Assembly: GCA_963717505.1 (NCBI GenBank)
Contig: OY970342.1
Location: 1,504,001-1,568,000, forward strand
Direction: 5' to 3'
Source of the DNA: Candidatus Eiseniibacteriota bacterium
GTDB lineage: Bacteria > Eisenbacteria > RBG-16-71-46
DNA: 64,000 nucleotides
The position numbers were made by a program, and so were the translations under genes. The notes under the pieces are model-generated. The model was not told where the DNA came from and made no database searches. It was given only the letters and a program-made list of their open reading frames with translations. The first letter of the stretch is position 1; each line of letters begins with the position of its first letter. Positions 38,916 to 47,240 of this stretch are shown piece after piece.

Positions 38916-39683
38916 TCAGTGGGGGCGCGGCAGCTCGAACTTGAACTCGGGGTTGATCTGTCGGATCTCGCCGACCACACGCTCGAGGTTCTCCTCGGTC
39001 TCGGCCGAAGGGGAGTCCTTCCACCGGGTGTAGAGCTCGAGCAGCTCGTCCTGCTTGAGGCGCAGCAACTCCTGCTGTTGCTGCTCGTCGACCGAGCGCT
39101 CGAGGTGGTAGACCTCGCCGCGCGACAGCCGGGTCATCAGGTCGAGATACTCGCCGCGCATGTGCGACAGGATGCGCAGGTACTTGTCGAAGCCGACCGA
39201 CAGCTTCTCGAGCACTTCGGAGACGCCGGCGTTCTTGCGGTGGACCTGCTGCCCGTAGGAGTAGGCGAAGTGGTAGTAGGTCTTGCCGCGGCCGATGTAG
39301 GCCTCTTCGCTCGGCTGCATCTTGTTCCGATGGCCCTCGGCGGCCATCGGGTTGTCGAAGATCCCGATCGAGACCAGCAGGAAGTCGGCGTTGGTCTTGT
39401 AGATCCGGTACTTGAGCCGCGCGTCGGTGCAGTTGGACAGGCGGTGGAAGACGTCGGTGTCGTAGCGCGACAGGAACTTGCGGGACTGCTCGACGTAGTC
39501 GGGGTTGATGAACGAGTGGAGCAGGTGGGCGAGGTAGACGTTGACGTCCTCGTCGTAGAAGTCCTGATTCGAAACCAGCCCGGTCTCCACGCGGCTGTAG
39601 AGCAGGCAATTGATCATGAAGTAATAGGTCGGCTGCAGCTCGCGGCTCGTGTCCTTGAGGTCCACATAGTGACGCGGATTCAT
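38916..39683 (-). CDS. Conserved-looking hypothetical helical protein
   Basis: Strong GC3 codon bias, GGAG RBS, and motifs YLAHLL, ADFLLVSIGIF and YIGRGKTYY. Acidic helical tail. Confidence 0.8.
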   Translation of the reverse strand: MNPRHYVDLKDTSRELQPTYYFMINCLLYSRVETGLVSNQDFYDEDVNVYLAHLLHSFINPDYVEQSRKFLSRYDTDVFHRLSNCTDARLKYRIYKTNADFLLVSIGIFDNPMAAEGHRNKMQPSEEAYIGRGKTYYHFAYSYGQQVHRKNAGVSEVLEKLSVGFDKYLRILSHMRGEYLDLMTRLSRGEVYHLERSVDEQQQQELLRLKQDELLELYTRWKDSPSAETEENLERVVGEIRQINPEFKFELPRPH

Positions 39684-39743
39684 GTTGCATCTCCGACCGC
39701 TGGGGTTCACGACGCTTGGAGATCCGTCTCGACCAGCGATAGG

Positions 39744-39759
39744 AGCATCGAGTGTGCCA
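39744..39759 (-). promoter_or_regulatory. Sigma54 (-24/-12) promoter
   Basis: TGGCACACTCGATGCT with canonical GG-N10-GC spacing, about 60 nt upstream of ATG39683. Confidence 0.65.
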
Positions 39760-40158
39760 CCGGCGAGCGAAGGCGATCAGGAAGCCGCAACCGCTTCACG
39801 AGGCGGGCGGTGGGCGGTCGAGGTCATCTGGGGGAAAATCCCTATTCATACGCACTTGGTGGCTGCGACCACCCGCGATGGGGCTTTTTTCCCCGCTCGA
39901 GAGCGACCCGAACCAGTTCCGGGCCGCCTGGAGGAGGGCCCGGGGACCACGCCGAAAAAGCGTAAAGCTGCAATGGTCTTGTCTAGGTTCTCAATTCGTT
40001 TCACACTTCCCGAAGCGCCATCCGGTGCGGCACCAGGCCGCTAGGCCCCAATGGGCGGATCGCCTGCCGGCATGCGATCCGCAAGAACGGATCCGAGAGC
40101 GTCCCTGCGTCGCGGGCCGCTCGGGTGCGGGCCCGGACGGCATGAGTTGGTTCACGCA

Positions 40159-40174
40159 GGGCATGCGTCTTGCG
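40159..40174 (+). promoter_or_regulatory. Sigma54 (-24/-12) promoter
   Basis: GGGCATGCGTCTTGCG with GG-N10-GC and TTGC, directly upstream of the MCP-like ORF. Confidence 0.55.
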
Positions 40175-40184
40175 TGACTGAGAA

Positions 40185-41663
40185 TTGTCATGGGCGGCGT
40201 TCTCGTTACGTCGCCCCGGCACTTCGTTTCCCACACTGAACCCCTCCTTCGGATCAGGTCCCCTCGCGGACGGTTCGGAGCCCCGGTCTCGGCCGGGGCT
40301 CCGTCTGCGTTTGTTCGCCGGCTGTCTCGGCGGGCTGCTCGTCGCTGCCGCCGGGATCGCCTGGGCGCTGCGCGTGTCGACTTCGCCCGATGGCACGATT
40401 GATCGCGACGGGTTCCTCCTGCAGCTCGGCTGGGTGGGCGGAACCGCGGCGGTCGTGGCGCTGGCGCTCGCGTTCTGGCTCGACCAGGGCATTCGCTCGC
40501 GACTGCTGCGCCTGTCGCGCAGCGTGCGCGTCGTCGACTCGACGCCGCTCAAGGATCCGTTCGGCGCCGGCGGCTGGGGCGAGCTGGGAGATCTCGGTCG
40601 CAACGTTTCGGTCCTGCTCACGCGACATCGCCAGGCGATGCGCTCGGTGGGTCAGTTCCAGGAGCTCGAGCGTCAGCTCGCCGAGCTGCGCGCCGCGACC
40701 GAGCAGTGGAGTCTGACCGAGCGCTGGCCCGGTCTGCCCGCGAGCACCGGCGTCGTCGGCGAAATGTCGCAGGCGCTGGATCGCGGCTTCCGACGTCAGG
40801 CCGAGATCTTCGACCAGAACAGTGAAGCCGCGCGCCAGATCCACGAAGAGCTTGCCGCCGCCGTCCAGGACGCGCGCGAGACCGCGGAACAGGCGGAGCG
40901 CGGCTTCGTCGAGAGCACGGCACTCCTGACCACCATCCGGGAACTTCAGCGACTGGGCATGGAACTGCCGGCCGAGCGCGGCGAGGCGCAGGCCGCGGGC
41001 GCCGACTGGCTGGCTCCGGTGACCGAAGCCATGGCCGAGCTGGTTGCGGCTTCGACCGAGAGCGTCGACCACCTGGCGTCGGGGCTGTCGCGGGTGCACG
41101 AAATCTCGGATCAGGTGAACGTGCTCGGCAACCGCTCGACGCTGGTGGCTCTGAACGCGCTGATGGCCATGCCGCGCACCGGCGAACCGACCACCGAGCC
41201 ATCGACCAGCGAGCTCAAGGATCTCGCGCGCGATGCGCGGGTCGCGACCGATCGAGTCCGCGAACTGGCGCGCGAAGTCGAAACCCAGGTGCGGGCGGCG
41301 ACGGCGCGCATGGCCGGCGTGCGCGAGCGGGTGACCAGCCGGCTGAACTCGATCGAGCCACCGCGCGCGGCGGTGACCCCGCCCGACGCGGCGCGCCAGG
41401 TCGGGCGCATTCGCGAGATGGTCCAGGACGCCACGCGGAAGACCGAACGCCTTTCGGTTGCGGGTGAACGGGCCTCGCGCGCGGCCGATCGACTGGCGCG
41501 ACGCCTGGAAGACGGGGTGCGCGACGTCGAGGGCATGGTGGTCCGGCTGTCGCCTCCCGAGGCCGAGACGGTCCGCGAGGCGCCGCGCCGACTGACGGTG
41601 GTCGAGACCACGGCCGAGGATCGCGCCGACGACGAGTCGAGCGACGCGGGAGAGATCCGGTGA
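40185..41663 (+). CDS. Degenerate methyl-accepting chemotaxis-like membrane protein
   Basis: Two TMs with a tiny loop, HAMP-like segment, coiled coil, and eroded hairpin-tip motif ISDQVNVLGNRSTLVALNA...ELKDLA. Start uncertain. Confidence 0.65.
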   Translation: MSWAAFSLRRPGTSFPTLNPSFGSGPLADGSEPRSRPGLRLRLFAGCLGGLLVAAAGIAWALRVSTSPDGTIDRDGFLLQLGWVGGTAAVVALALAFWLDQGIRSRLLRLSRSVRVVDSTPLKDPFGAGGWGELGDLGRNVSVLLTRHRQAMRSVGQFQELERQLAELRAATEQWSLTERWPGLPASTGVVGEMSQALDRGFRRQAEIFDQNSEAARQIHEELAAAVQDARETAEQAERGFVESTALLTTIRELQRLGMELPAERGEAQAAGADWLAPVTEAMAELVAASTESVDHLASGLSRVHEISDQVNVLGNRSTLVALNALMAMPRTGEPTTEPSTSELKDLARDARVATDRVRELAREVETQVRAATARMAGVRERVTSRLNSIEPPRAAVTPPDAARQVGRIREMVQDATRKTERLSVAGERASRAADRLARRLEDGVRDVEGMVVRLSPPEAETVREAPRRLTVVETTAEDRADDESSDAGEIR

Positions 41664-43282
41664 ACGAAGTCGTCCGCGCGCTGACCCGGGCCCTCGAAGT
41701 CGCGCTCGATCCCCGTTCCGACAATCGCGGGATTCCGGTGGCGCGTGACGTCGCCCAGGTGCTCGGGCTCGACGGTCTCGAGCGTGCGATCAGCACGTGC
41801 CGTCCGGGCAGCGTCGAGACCGGCGCCCTCGAACGGCGGTTGCGCGCCCTGCTCGAAGCCTGTCGGGTTTCCGGGGATCTCAGGATCTTCGTCGACGCCG
41901 ACGCCGGCCTCGGTCGCATGGCGGCCGAACACGGCGCGGTCGTGCGCGGAGAGCCGGGTGCTCAGGAAGGGACGCTGAGCCTGCTCGATGCGCTCGAAGA
42001 TTTGCCGCTCGCCGACGATGCGTCGCGCGCTGCGGCCTTCCGTACCCGGCTCACCGCGCAGGTCGCTGCGGCGGTGCGCGCTGCCCTCGACTGGCTGAGC
42101 GGCGACGAGCCGCGCATGCCGGTCCGTGTCCGCGCCGAAGATTCGGCGCTCGAGCTATGGCTGCCGCGGGTCAGCACGGTCGGCGTGCGGGCGTCCGACG
42201 CGGTGCTTTCCGCAGTTGGCGGCAGCCTAGGTCCAGTCCTCAACGGGTCGCGACCGCAGGCCGGTCGCGCCGGTTGGATGGTGCGCGTGCCGGTGGCGAC
42301 AGCGCGCGAAACCTACTTGATGCTGGTCCAGGGTGGACTGCGACTCGCGGTTCCCTGGCACTCGGTGCTCCGCCTGTCGATGATCGCGCGGGTCGAGCTA
42401 CAGGCGAGCGCGCGCACCCTGGCGGCACCCGTCCTGCCTCCGCTCGCGCCGCTGGCGAGTGGCGCCGGAGACCACCCGGTGGTGTTGATCGCGCGCGGAC
42501 TCCGTCGCGCGTATCTCGTGGCCGACCAGCTGATCTGGCGTCTGCCGGCCGATCGCGTCGCGTGCGATCCGGACCCGCGCCTGCCCCAGTTCGCGAGCTG
42601 CGTGCGCACCGAGGACGGCGAAACCTTCCGGATCGCCGATCCGGCAGCGCTGCTCGCGAACGTCGAACCGCTTGCGGTTCCCGAGCAGGACGTGGCGCCC
42701 CCGGCGGTGGCGGCCCCTGTGGTGGCGGCCCCCGTGGTGGCCGCCCCCGTGGTGGTGCCAACCCCTGAGGTCGCAGCTGTCGAAGCGGCGGCCCCCGTCG
42801 TGGCGCATGCCCGCGATACCGCCGCGGCCATGGTCGAACCGCCGCCGCCCGCGGTGCGCCCCGCCGGCTCGCGCATCCCGATGCTCGATGCTTCGCGCGT
42901 CACGCCGCTGCCAATGCGCGCGCTGGTCGCCGACGACTCGATCACCGCGCGGTTGTTCCTCGCCCGCCTGCTCGAGCCCACCGGATTCGAAGTGCGCTCG
43001 GTGGCCACCGCCGCCGACCTGATGCGCGAGCTGGACGCCGGAAGCTGGACCATCGCGTTCGTCGACATCGAGCTGCCGGATGCCCGCGGCCGCGAGTTCC
43101 TCGAGAACGTTCGGTCGCGCGCCCGTGCCCGCGGCGTGGAAGTGGTCGCGCTGGTGCGCGACGGCGCCGAAGTCCGCGTGTCGGGCGAGGCGGGAGTCGC
43201 ACGCACGCTCAAGAAGCCGATCGAGCGCGACATGCTACGCCTGTTGATGGGTGAACTCGGCTTCGGAACCGAACCGGTGTGA
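41660..43282 (+). CDS. Degenerate CheA-like protein (pseudo-Hpt, pseudo-HATPase, CheW-like, REC)
   Basis: CheW-like VRVPVAT..YLMLVQGGLRLAVPWHSV..AYLVADQL, Pro/Ala/Val linker, and REC ALVADDS...VDIELPD...LKKP. Confidence 0.65.
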   Translation: MNEVVRALTRALEVALDPRSDNRGIPVARDVAQVLGLDGLERAISTCRPGSVETGALERRLRALLEACRVSGDLRIFVDADAGLGRMAAEHGAVVRGEPGAQEGTLSLLDALEDLPLADDASRAAAFRTRLTAQVAAAVRAALDWLSGDEPRMPVRVRAEDSALELWLPRVSTVGVRASDAVLSAVGGSLGPVLNGSRPQAGRAGWMVRVPVATARETYLMLVQGGLRLAVPWHSVLRLSMIARVELQASARTLAAPVLPPLAPLASGAGDHPVVLIARGLRRAYLVADQLIWRLPADRVACDPDPRLPQFASCVRTEDGETFRIADPAALLANVEPLAVPEQDVAPPAVAAPVVAAPVVAAPVVVPTPEVAAVEAAAPVVAHARDTAAAMVEPPPPAVRPAGSRIPMLDASRVTPLPMRALVADDSITARLFLARLLEPTGFEVRSVATAADLMRELDAGSWTIAFVDIELPDARGREFLENVRSRARARGVEVVALVRDGAEVRVSGEAGVARTLKKPIERDMLRLLMGELGFGTEPV

Positions 43283-44787
43283 CCGACGGACCGTTGGTCG
43301 GGCGTGGCGGGCCGACCGAGCCTCTGATCCTGGTGGTCGACGACGACCGCCGTGTGCGCGAGCTGCTCGAGATCGCGTTCGGGTCGCAGGGCTACCGCGT
43401 GATCGTCGCCGCTGACGGCGACGAAGCCGTGCGGCGCGCTTCGGCCGACCAACCGGACCTGATCGTGCTCGACGTCCGGCTGCCGCGCAGGAGCGGCCTC
43501 GAAGTCTGCGACCGGCTGCGCCGGGAACCCGAGTCGGCCCTGGTGCCGATCATCATCGTGTCCGCGGCCGCCGAGGGCGAGGTGCGCCTGCAGGCGTTCC
43601 AGCGTGGCGCCGACGATTTCATGCTCAAGCCGTTCTCGCCGCGGGAGCTGCTGGCTCGCGTGCGCCGTCTGCTGGCGCGCTCGCAGGAGCTGCGTGTGGC
43701 CCGCTCGCGACTCGCCGATATCGAGCGCGAGCTGTCGCGGTCGCGTCGAGAGACCGGCCAGGCGCGCGACGCGGTCGAGTCCAGCCGCCGGCGCAACGAC
43801 TTCGCGCGCCGTCTGGGCGCGGCACTGTCGTCGAACGATCCGGATCTGCTGGCCGACGCGATCCTGCACGAAGCACGCATGGAATGCGGCGCTGCGGCCG
43901 CTGCGCTGTTCGTCCGCGATTCGCTCGAAGACGAGTTCGAGCCCTGGCGCATCCAGGGCGACACGTTCGACCGCATCGCGACCATCCGCTTCTCCGCCAC
44001 CGGCGAGTTGGCGCGCTTTCTCTCGGCGCTCGGCCGGCCGGCCGAGGTGCGCTCGCTCGCGCATGCGCGCGAGCTGGAACCCGAACTCGGACCGCTGGCC
44101 GCGGCGCGATTCCAGCTCCTGGCCCCGATCGGCAGCGCCACCGGCATTCAGGCGGTGCTCGCGGTCGAGTCGTTGCCGGCGGGACCGTCGGTGCCGTCGG
44201 CGTTGGAAGCGATCGGGGTGTTGTGCAGTGCCGCGGCTTCACCGATGGCCACCGCGCATGACGCGCGCCGTCGCGCGGCGCTGCTGCTCGAACTCGCCGG
44301 TTTTCCCACCGGTGACGATTACGAAGCCGGCGCCACGCGGCGAGCCGCGGCAGTCGTTTGGGCGGCGGCGCGAGCGGCCGGCGTGCCTCCCCGGACAGCC
44401 ACGTTGGCGCGGCTGGGCGTGCTCGCGGGACGCGGAGCGATCGAAGCCGATGGCTGGTGGGCGATCGAGCGCGCCGGCCGCTGCGACGGCACGCTGCTCA
44501 TTCCCGACCTTCGGGTTCTGCTGCGCGCGGCGTCGGCGATGGTCGAAGCGGAACTACCGATCGAATCTCTGGCGGATGCGGCCGGCGAAGCCGACCGGCA
44601 AGCCTGGCAGCCCGACGTGGCCGCCGCGGTGGTCTGGGTCGTCGCCGGCTGGCGCATCAGTGCGCACTTGCACGCGGGTGCCTCGATCGCGGAAGCGGTG
44701 CGCGGGGAACCCGGGGATCGCCCCGAGTTCCACCGCGCGTTCGAGCAGGTCGCCGCGACGCCCGAGTTCGCGGACGTCGAGCGCTAG
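43279..44787 (+). CDS. Response regulator: REC + coiled coil + GAF-like + degenerate HD-like tail
   Basis: Intact REC (LVVDDD, LDVRLP, IVSA, LKPF), followed by GAF-like and helical regions without an HD motif. Confidence 0.75.
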   Translation: MTDGPLVGRGGPTEPLILVVDDDRRVRELLEIAFGSQGYRVIVAADGDEAVRRASADQPDLIVLDVRLPRRSGLEVCDRLRREPESALVPIIIVSAAAEGEVRLQAFQRGADDFMLKPFSPRELLARVRRLLARSQELRVARSRLADIERELSRSRRETGQARDAVESSRRRNDFARRLGAALSSNDPDLLADAILHEARMECGAAAAALFVRDSLEDEFEPWRIQGDTFDRIATIRFSATGELARFLSALGRPAEVRSLAHARELEPELGPLAAARFQLLAPIGSATGIQAVLAVESLPAGPSVPSALEAIGVLCSAAASPMATAHDARRRAALLLELAGFPTGDDYEAGATRRAAAVVWAAARAAGVPPRTATLARLGVLAGRGAIEADGWWAIERAGRCDGTLLIPDLRVLLRAASAMVEAELPIESLADAAGEADRQAWQPDVAAAVVWVVAGWRISAHLHAGASIAEAVRGEPGDRPEFHRAFEQVAATPEFADVER

Positions 44788-44836
44788 CGAGCAGCTCAAA
44801 TCGAGCGCTAGCGTCAGTAGCAGTCCCGCGCTAGCG
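44777..44836. repeat. Three copies of palindrome CGCTAGCG, including a 13-bp direct repeat TCGAGCGCTAGCG
   Basis: Copies at 44782, 44806 and 44829, between convergent stop codons. Confidence 0.8.
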
Positions 44837-45421
44837 GGTCGTGTCGCGCAGGCCGCCGAAGTCGACGCTGGGTTTCTCGCGCTCCGCCTCCGGAATTTCG
44901 TAGTAGGCAGCCGCCGAGTACCCGAACATCCCTGCGAACACGTTCATCGGGAAGCGCTTGACCAGGACGTTGTACGCCTGCACTTCCTGGTTGTAGCGCA
45001 TGCGCTCCGTGGCCAGTCGATTCTCGGTGCCCGACAGCTCGTCCATGAGCTGCATGAACGCTTCGTTGCTGCGGAGCTGCGGGTAGTTCTCGATCACGAC
45101 CAGGAGTCGTGACAGCGCCGAATCCATCGCGCGGCCGGCCTCGATCCCCTCGGCAGGCGTGCGCGCTCCGGCCATCTGGGCACGAGCATTGGCGATCGTG
45201 CCAAACACTTCCTGCTCTTGAATCGCGGTGCCCTTGACGGTCTCGACCAGGCTGCCGATCAGGTCGTTCCGGCGCTTGAGTTGGTTGTCGACCTGGGCCC
45301 AGCGTTGGTCCACCGACTCCTTCGAGGTCACCAGTCGGTTGTAATTGCCGACGACACAACCGCCGACGCTGATGAGCAGGACTGCGATCACCGCGACGGT
45401 GATCAGCAAACCGCGCTTCAT
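44831..45421 (-). CDS. lemA: LemA family protein
   Basis: N-terminal TM, WAQVDNQLKRRNDLI, ENYPQLRSN and GTENRLATERMRYN motifs. Confidence 0.93.
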   Translation of the reverse strand: MKRGLLITVAVIAVLLISVGGCVVGNYNRLVTSKESVDQRWAQVDNQLKRRNDLIGSLVETVKGTAIQEQEVFGTIANARAQMAGARTPAEGIEAGRAMDSALSRLLVVIENYPQLRSNEAFMQLMDELSGTENRLATERMRYNQEVQAYNVLVKRFPMNVFAGMFGYSAAAYYEIPEAEREKPSVDFGGLRDTTR

Positions 45422-45524
45422 TGGGATCTCCTTTCAGGGTCCGCCGCGTTCACGATGCCGGCGACGGCGGGGAAACGTATCACGTTCGTTGCTCCGCCCC
45501 GGCCACCACTCGCCAGCGTCGCGA

Positions 45525-46373
45525 CTACCATTTGCCACCGCCGCCACCGCCACCGCTCCCCCCCCCGCCAAAGCCACCGAACGAGCCACCGCCCCCACCG
45601 CCACGCCCACCGCCAAAGCCGCCGCCCAGCCCGCCGCCAAAGCCGCCACCCCAGCCGCCCCAATCGTTCCAGTTGCTGCCGCCGAACCAACCCCGTCGCC
45701 GGCGCCGGCGCCCGGCGCCAGCGACCATGAAGATGATGACGACCAGGACGATGAAGATGATCAGCGCCACCGGCGGCCGCTCGTCGCTTCCCCCGCGATA
45801 GCGAAGCTCGCGACCGTCCCACTCGAGCGTCACGCCTTTTTCGGATGCGATCCGGGCCGCGCACTGCTGAGTCCCGGCGATGATGCCGCCGGCGAAGTCG
45901 CCGTTCTGGAAACGCGGCGCCATCTCGCGGCGGAAGATCCGCGACTGGAGGCCGTCGGGCAGCGTGCCCTCGAGTCCGTAGCCGGTCTCGAACCTCAGTT
46001 CGCGCTCCTCGCGGGCGAACAGCATGAGGAGGCCGTTGTCCTCGCCGCGCTTGCCGATCCCCCACTTCTGGAAGACGCGCACTTTGTAGGTGTCTGGCGT
46101 CTCGGGCGCGGTGGTGGTCACCGTCAGGATCGCGAACTCGGCGCCGGTCTTCTTCTCCAACTGATCCAGGAAGGCCTCGAGCTGCGCCTCGGCCTGCTCA
46201 TCGAGCACGTCGGCGTGATCGTTGACGTAGCCAACCGCGTCGGGGATCGGTTGCGGGCCCGATTCGTCCTGAGCGAATGCCGGCGCCGCCCAAGTGCCCA
46301 GGGTGAGTACCGCGACCAGATGGAGAAACGCGGCCCCGCCTGCCGAGCGGCGGCTCGCGCCGCGGGGGGTCAT
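45525..46373 (-). CDS. TPM domain protein (YgcG-like) with Gly-rich tail
   Basis: YVNDHADVL, WGIGKRGEDNGLL, ETGYGLEGTLPD, a TM, and [18 protein letters not shown]. Confidence 0.9.
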   Translation of the reverse strand: MTPRGASRRSAGGAAFLHLVAVLTLGTWAAPAFAQDESGPQPIPDAVGYVNDHADVLDEQAEAQLEAFLDQLEKKTGAEFAILTVTTTAPETPDTYKVRVFQKWGIGKRGEDNGLLMLFAREERELRFETGYGLEGTLPDGLQSRIFRREMAPRFQNGDFAGGIIAGTQQCAARIASEKGVTLEWDGRELRYRGGSDERPPVALIIFIVLVVIIFMVAGAGRRRRRRGWFGGSNWNDWGGWGGGFGGGLGGGFGGGRGGGGGGSFGGFGGGGSGGGGGGGKW

Positions 46374-47125
46374 GCCGTGCGCAGCTGGTCGATCGCGACG
46401 ACGAGGCGATCGAGCTGGGCGAGGAAGGCTCGGTAGATGCCGGGGATCTGGGCCGCCGGTTGGCCGCCCGCGTAACGGACCAGATGTGGGCCGAGCAAGC
46501 CCTGCGGATCGAGGCCGAACACTTCCGCGGTGCGCTCGACCACGTGCGCGGCGCTCGCCGGCACCGGCTCCTCGCGCATGCGGAGCAGCGTGCGGAACAA
46601 CGCTCCGAATCCGCTCGCGGATTCGATCAGCACCTCGCGCAGCACCTCCGGGTCGTTGTGGTGCTGAAGGTACGCCTGGCGGATCCGCACGTGCTTGCCG
46701 CGAATCTCGTGCTCGGCCTGGAGCCGCAGCGCTCCGCGCGGCACGTCGAGGCTGCCGACCAGGTCTTCGCCCTCGAGGAGCATGTGTCGCTCCTGGATCT
46801 CGAGCCATTCGATCGGGAAGGAGTCGAGCGATTTTTCGATGTTACGGTCGGTCATGAACAGCGGCTCGATGCGCACGGTCACCTTCTTGGACGCCGGGAT
46901 CGCCTTCGCCAGCCTATCGAGCACGTCGGCGCTGAGGTCGCGCGCTACTACCAGGATGTTGACCCGGGACTTGCGCGTCTCGAAGCCTTCGGTCAGCACA
47001 CTGCCGGTGAGGTAGGCGCTGGCGAAGTGCGGGCCGAGCGCATTGCGCACCGGCTCGAGCCAGGCGCGGGCGGCGGAGAGAACCTCCTGCGAGGGACGCA
47101 CGCGCAGCTCGCGGGTGGTGTTCAT
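46370..47125 (-). CDS. Nucleotidyltransferase-fold protein associated with lemA-TPM
   Basis: SAYLTGS, S-x-VNILVV, SLDSFPIEWLEI and LRLQAEHEIRGK motifs. Confidence 0.75.
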   Translation of the reverse strand: MNTTRELRVRPSQEVLSAARAWLEPVRNALGPHFASAYLTGSVLTEGFETRKSRVNILVVARDLSADVLDRLAKAIPASKKVTVRIEPLFMTDRNIEKSLDSFPIEWLEIQERHMLLEGEDLVGSLDVPRGALRLQAEHEIRGKHVRIRQAYLQHHNDPEVLREVLIESASGFGALFRTLLRMREEPVPASAAHVVERTAEVFGLDPQGLLGPHLVRYAGGQPAAQIPGIYRAFLAQLDRLVVAIDQLRTA

Positions 47126-47133
47126 GGCCGGGG

Positions 47134-47162
47134 ACGCTAATGGCGCGGGAGAATTAGGTCAA
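47134..47162 (-). promoter_or_regulatory. Sigma70-type promoter, probably giving a leaderless mRNA
   Basis: TTGACC-17 nt-TAGCGT, ending 8 nt before ATG47125. No RBS. Confidence 0.6.
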
Positions 47163-47240
47163 GACCCAGGTCGCGTCCCCTTGCTCGCCGAAGACCGGAG
47201 CGCGGGGCGACAACCTAGGCGGCTGAGGTCGCTCGACCGC

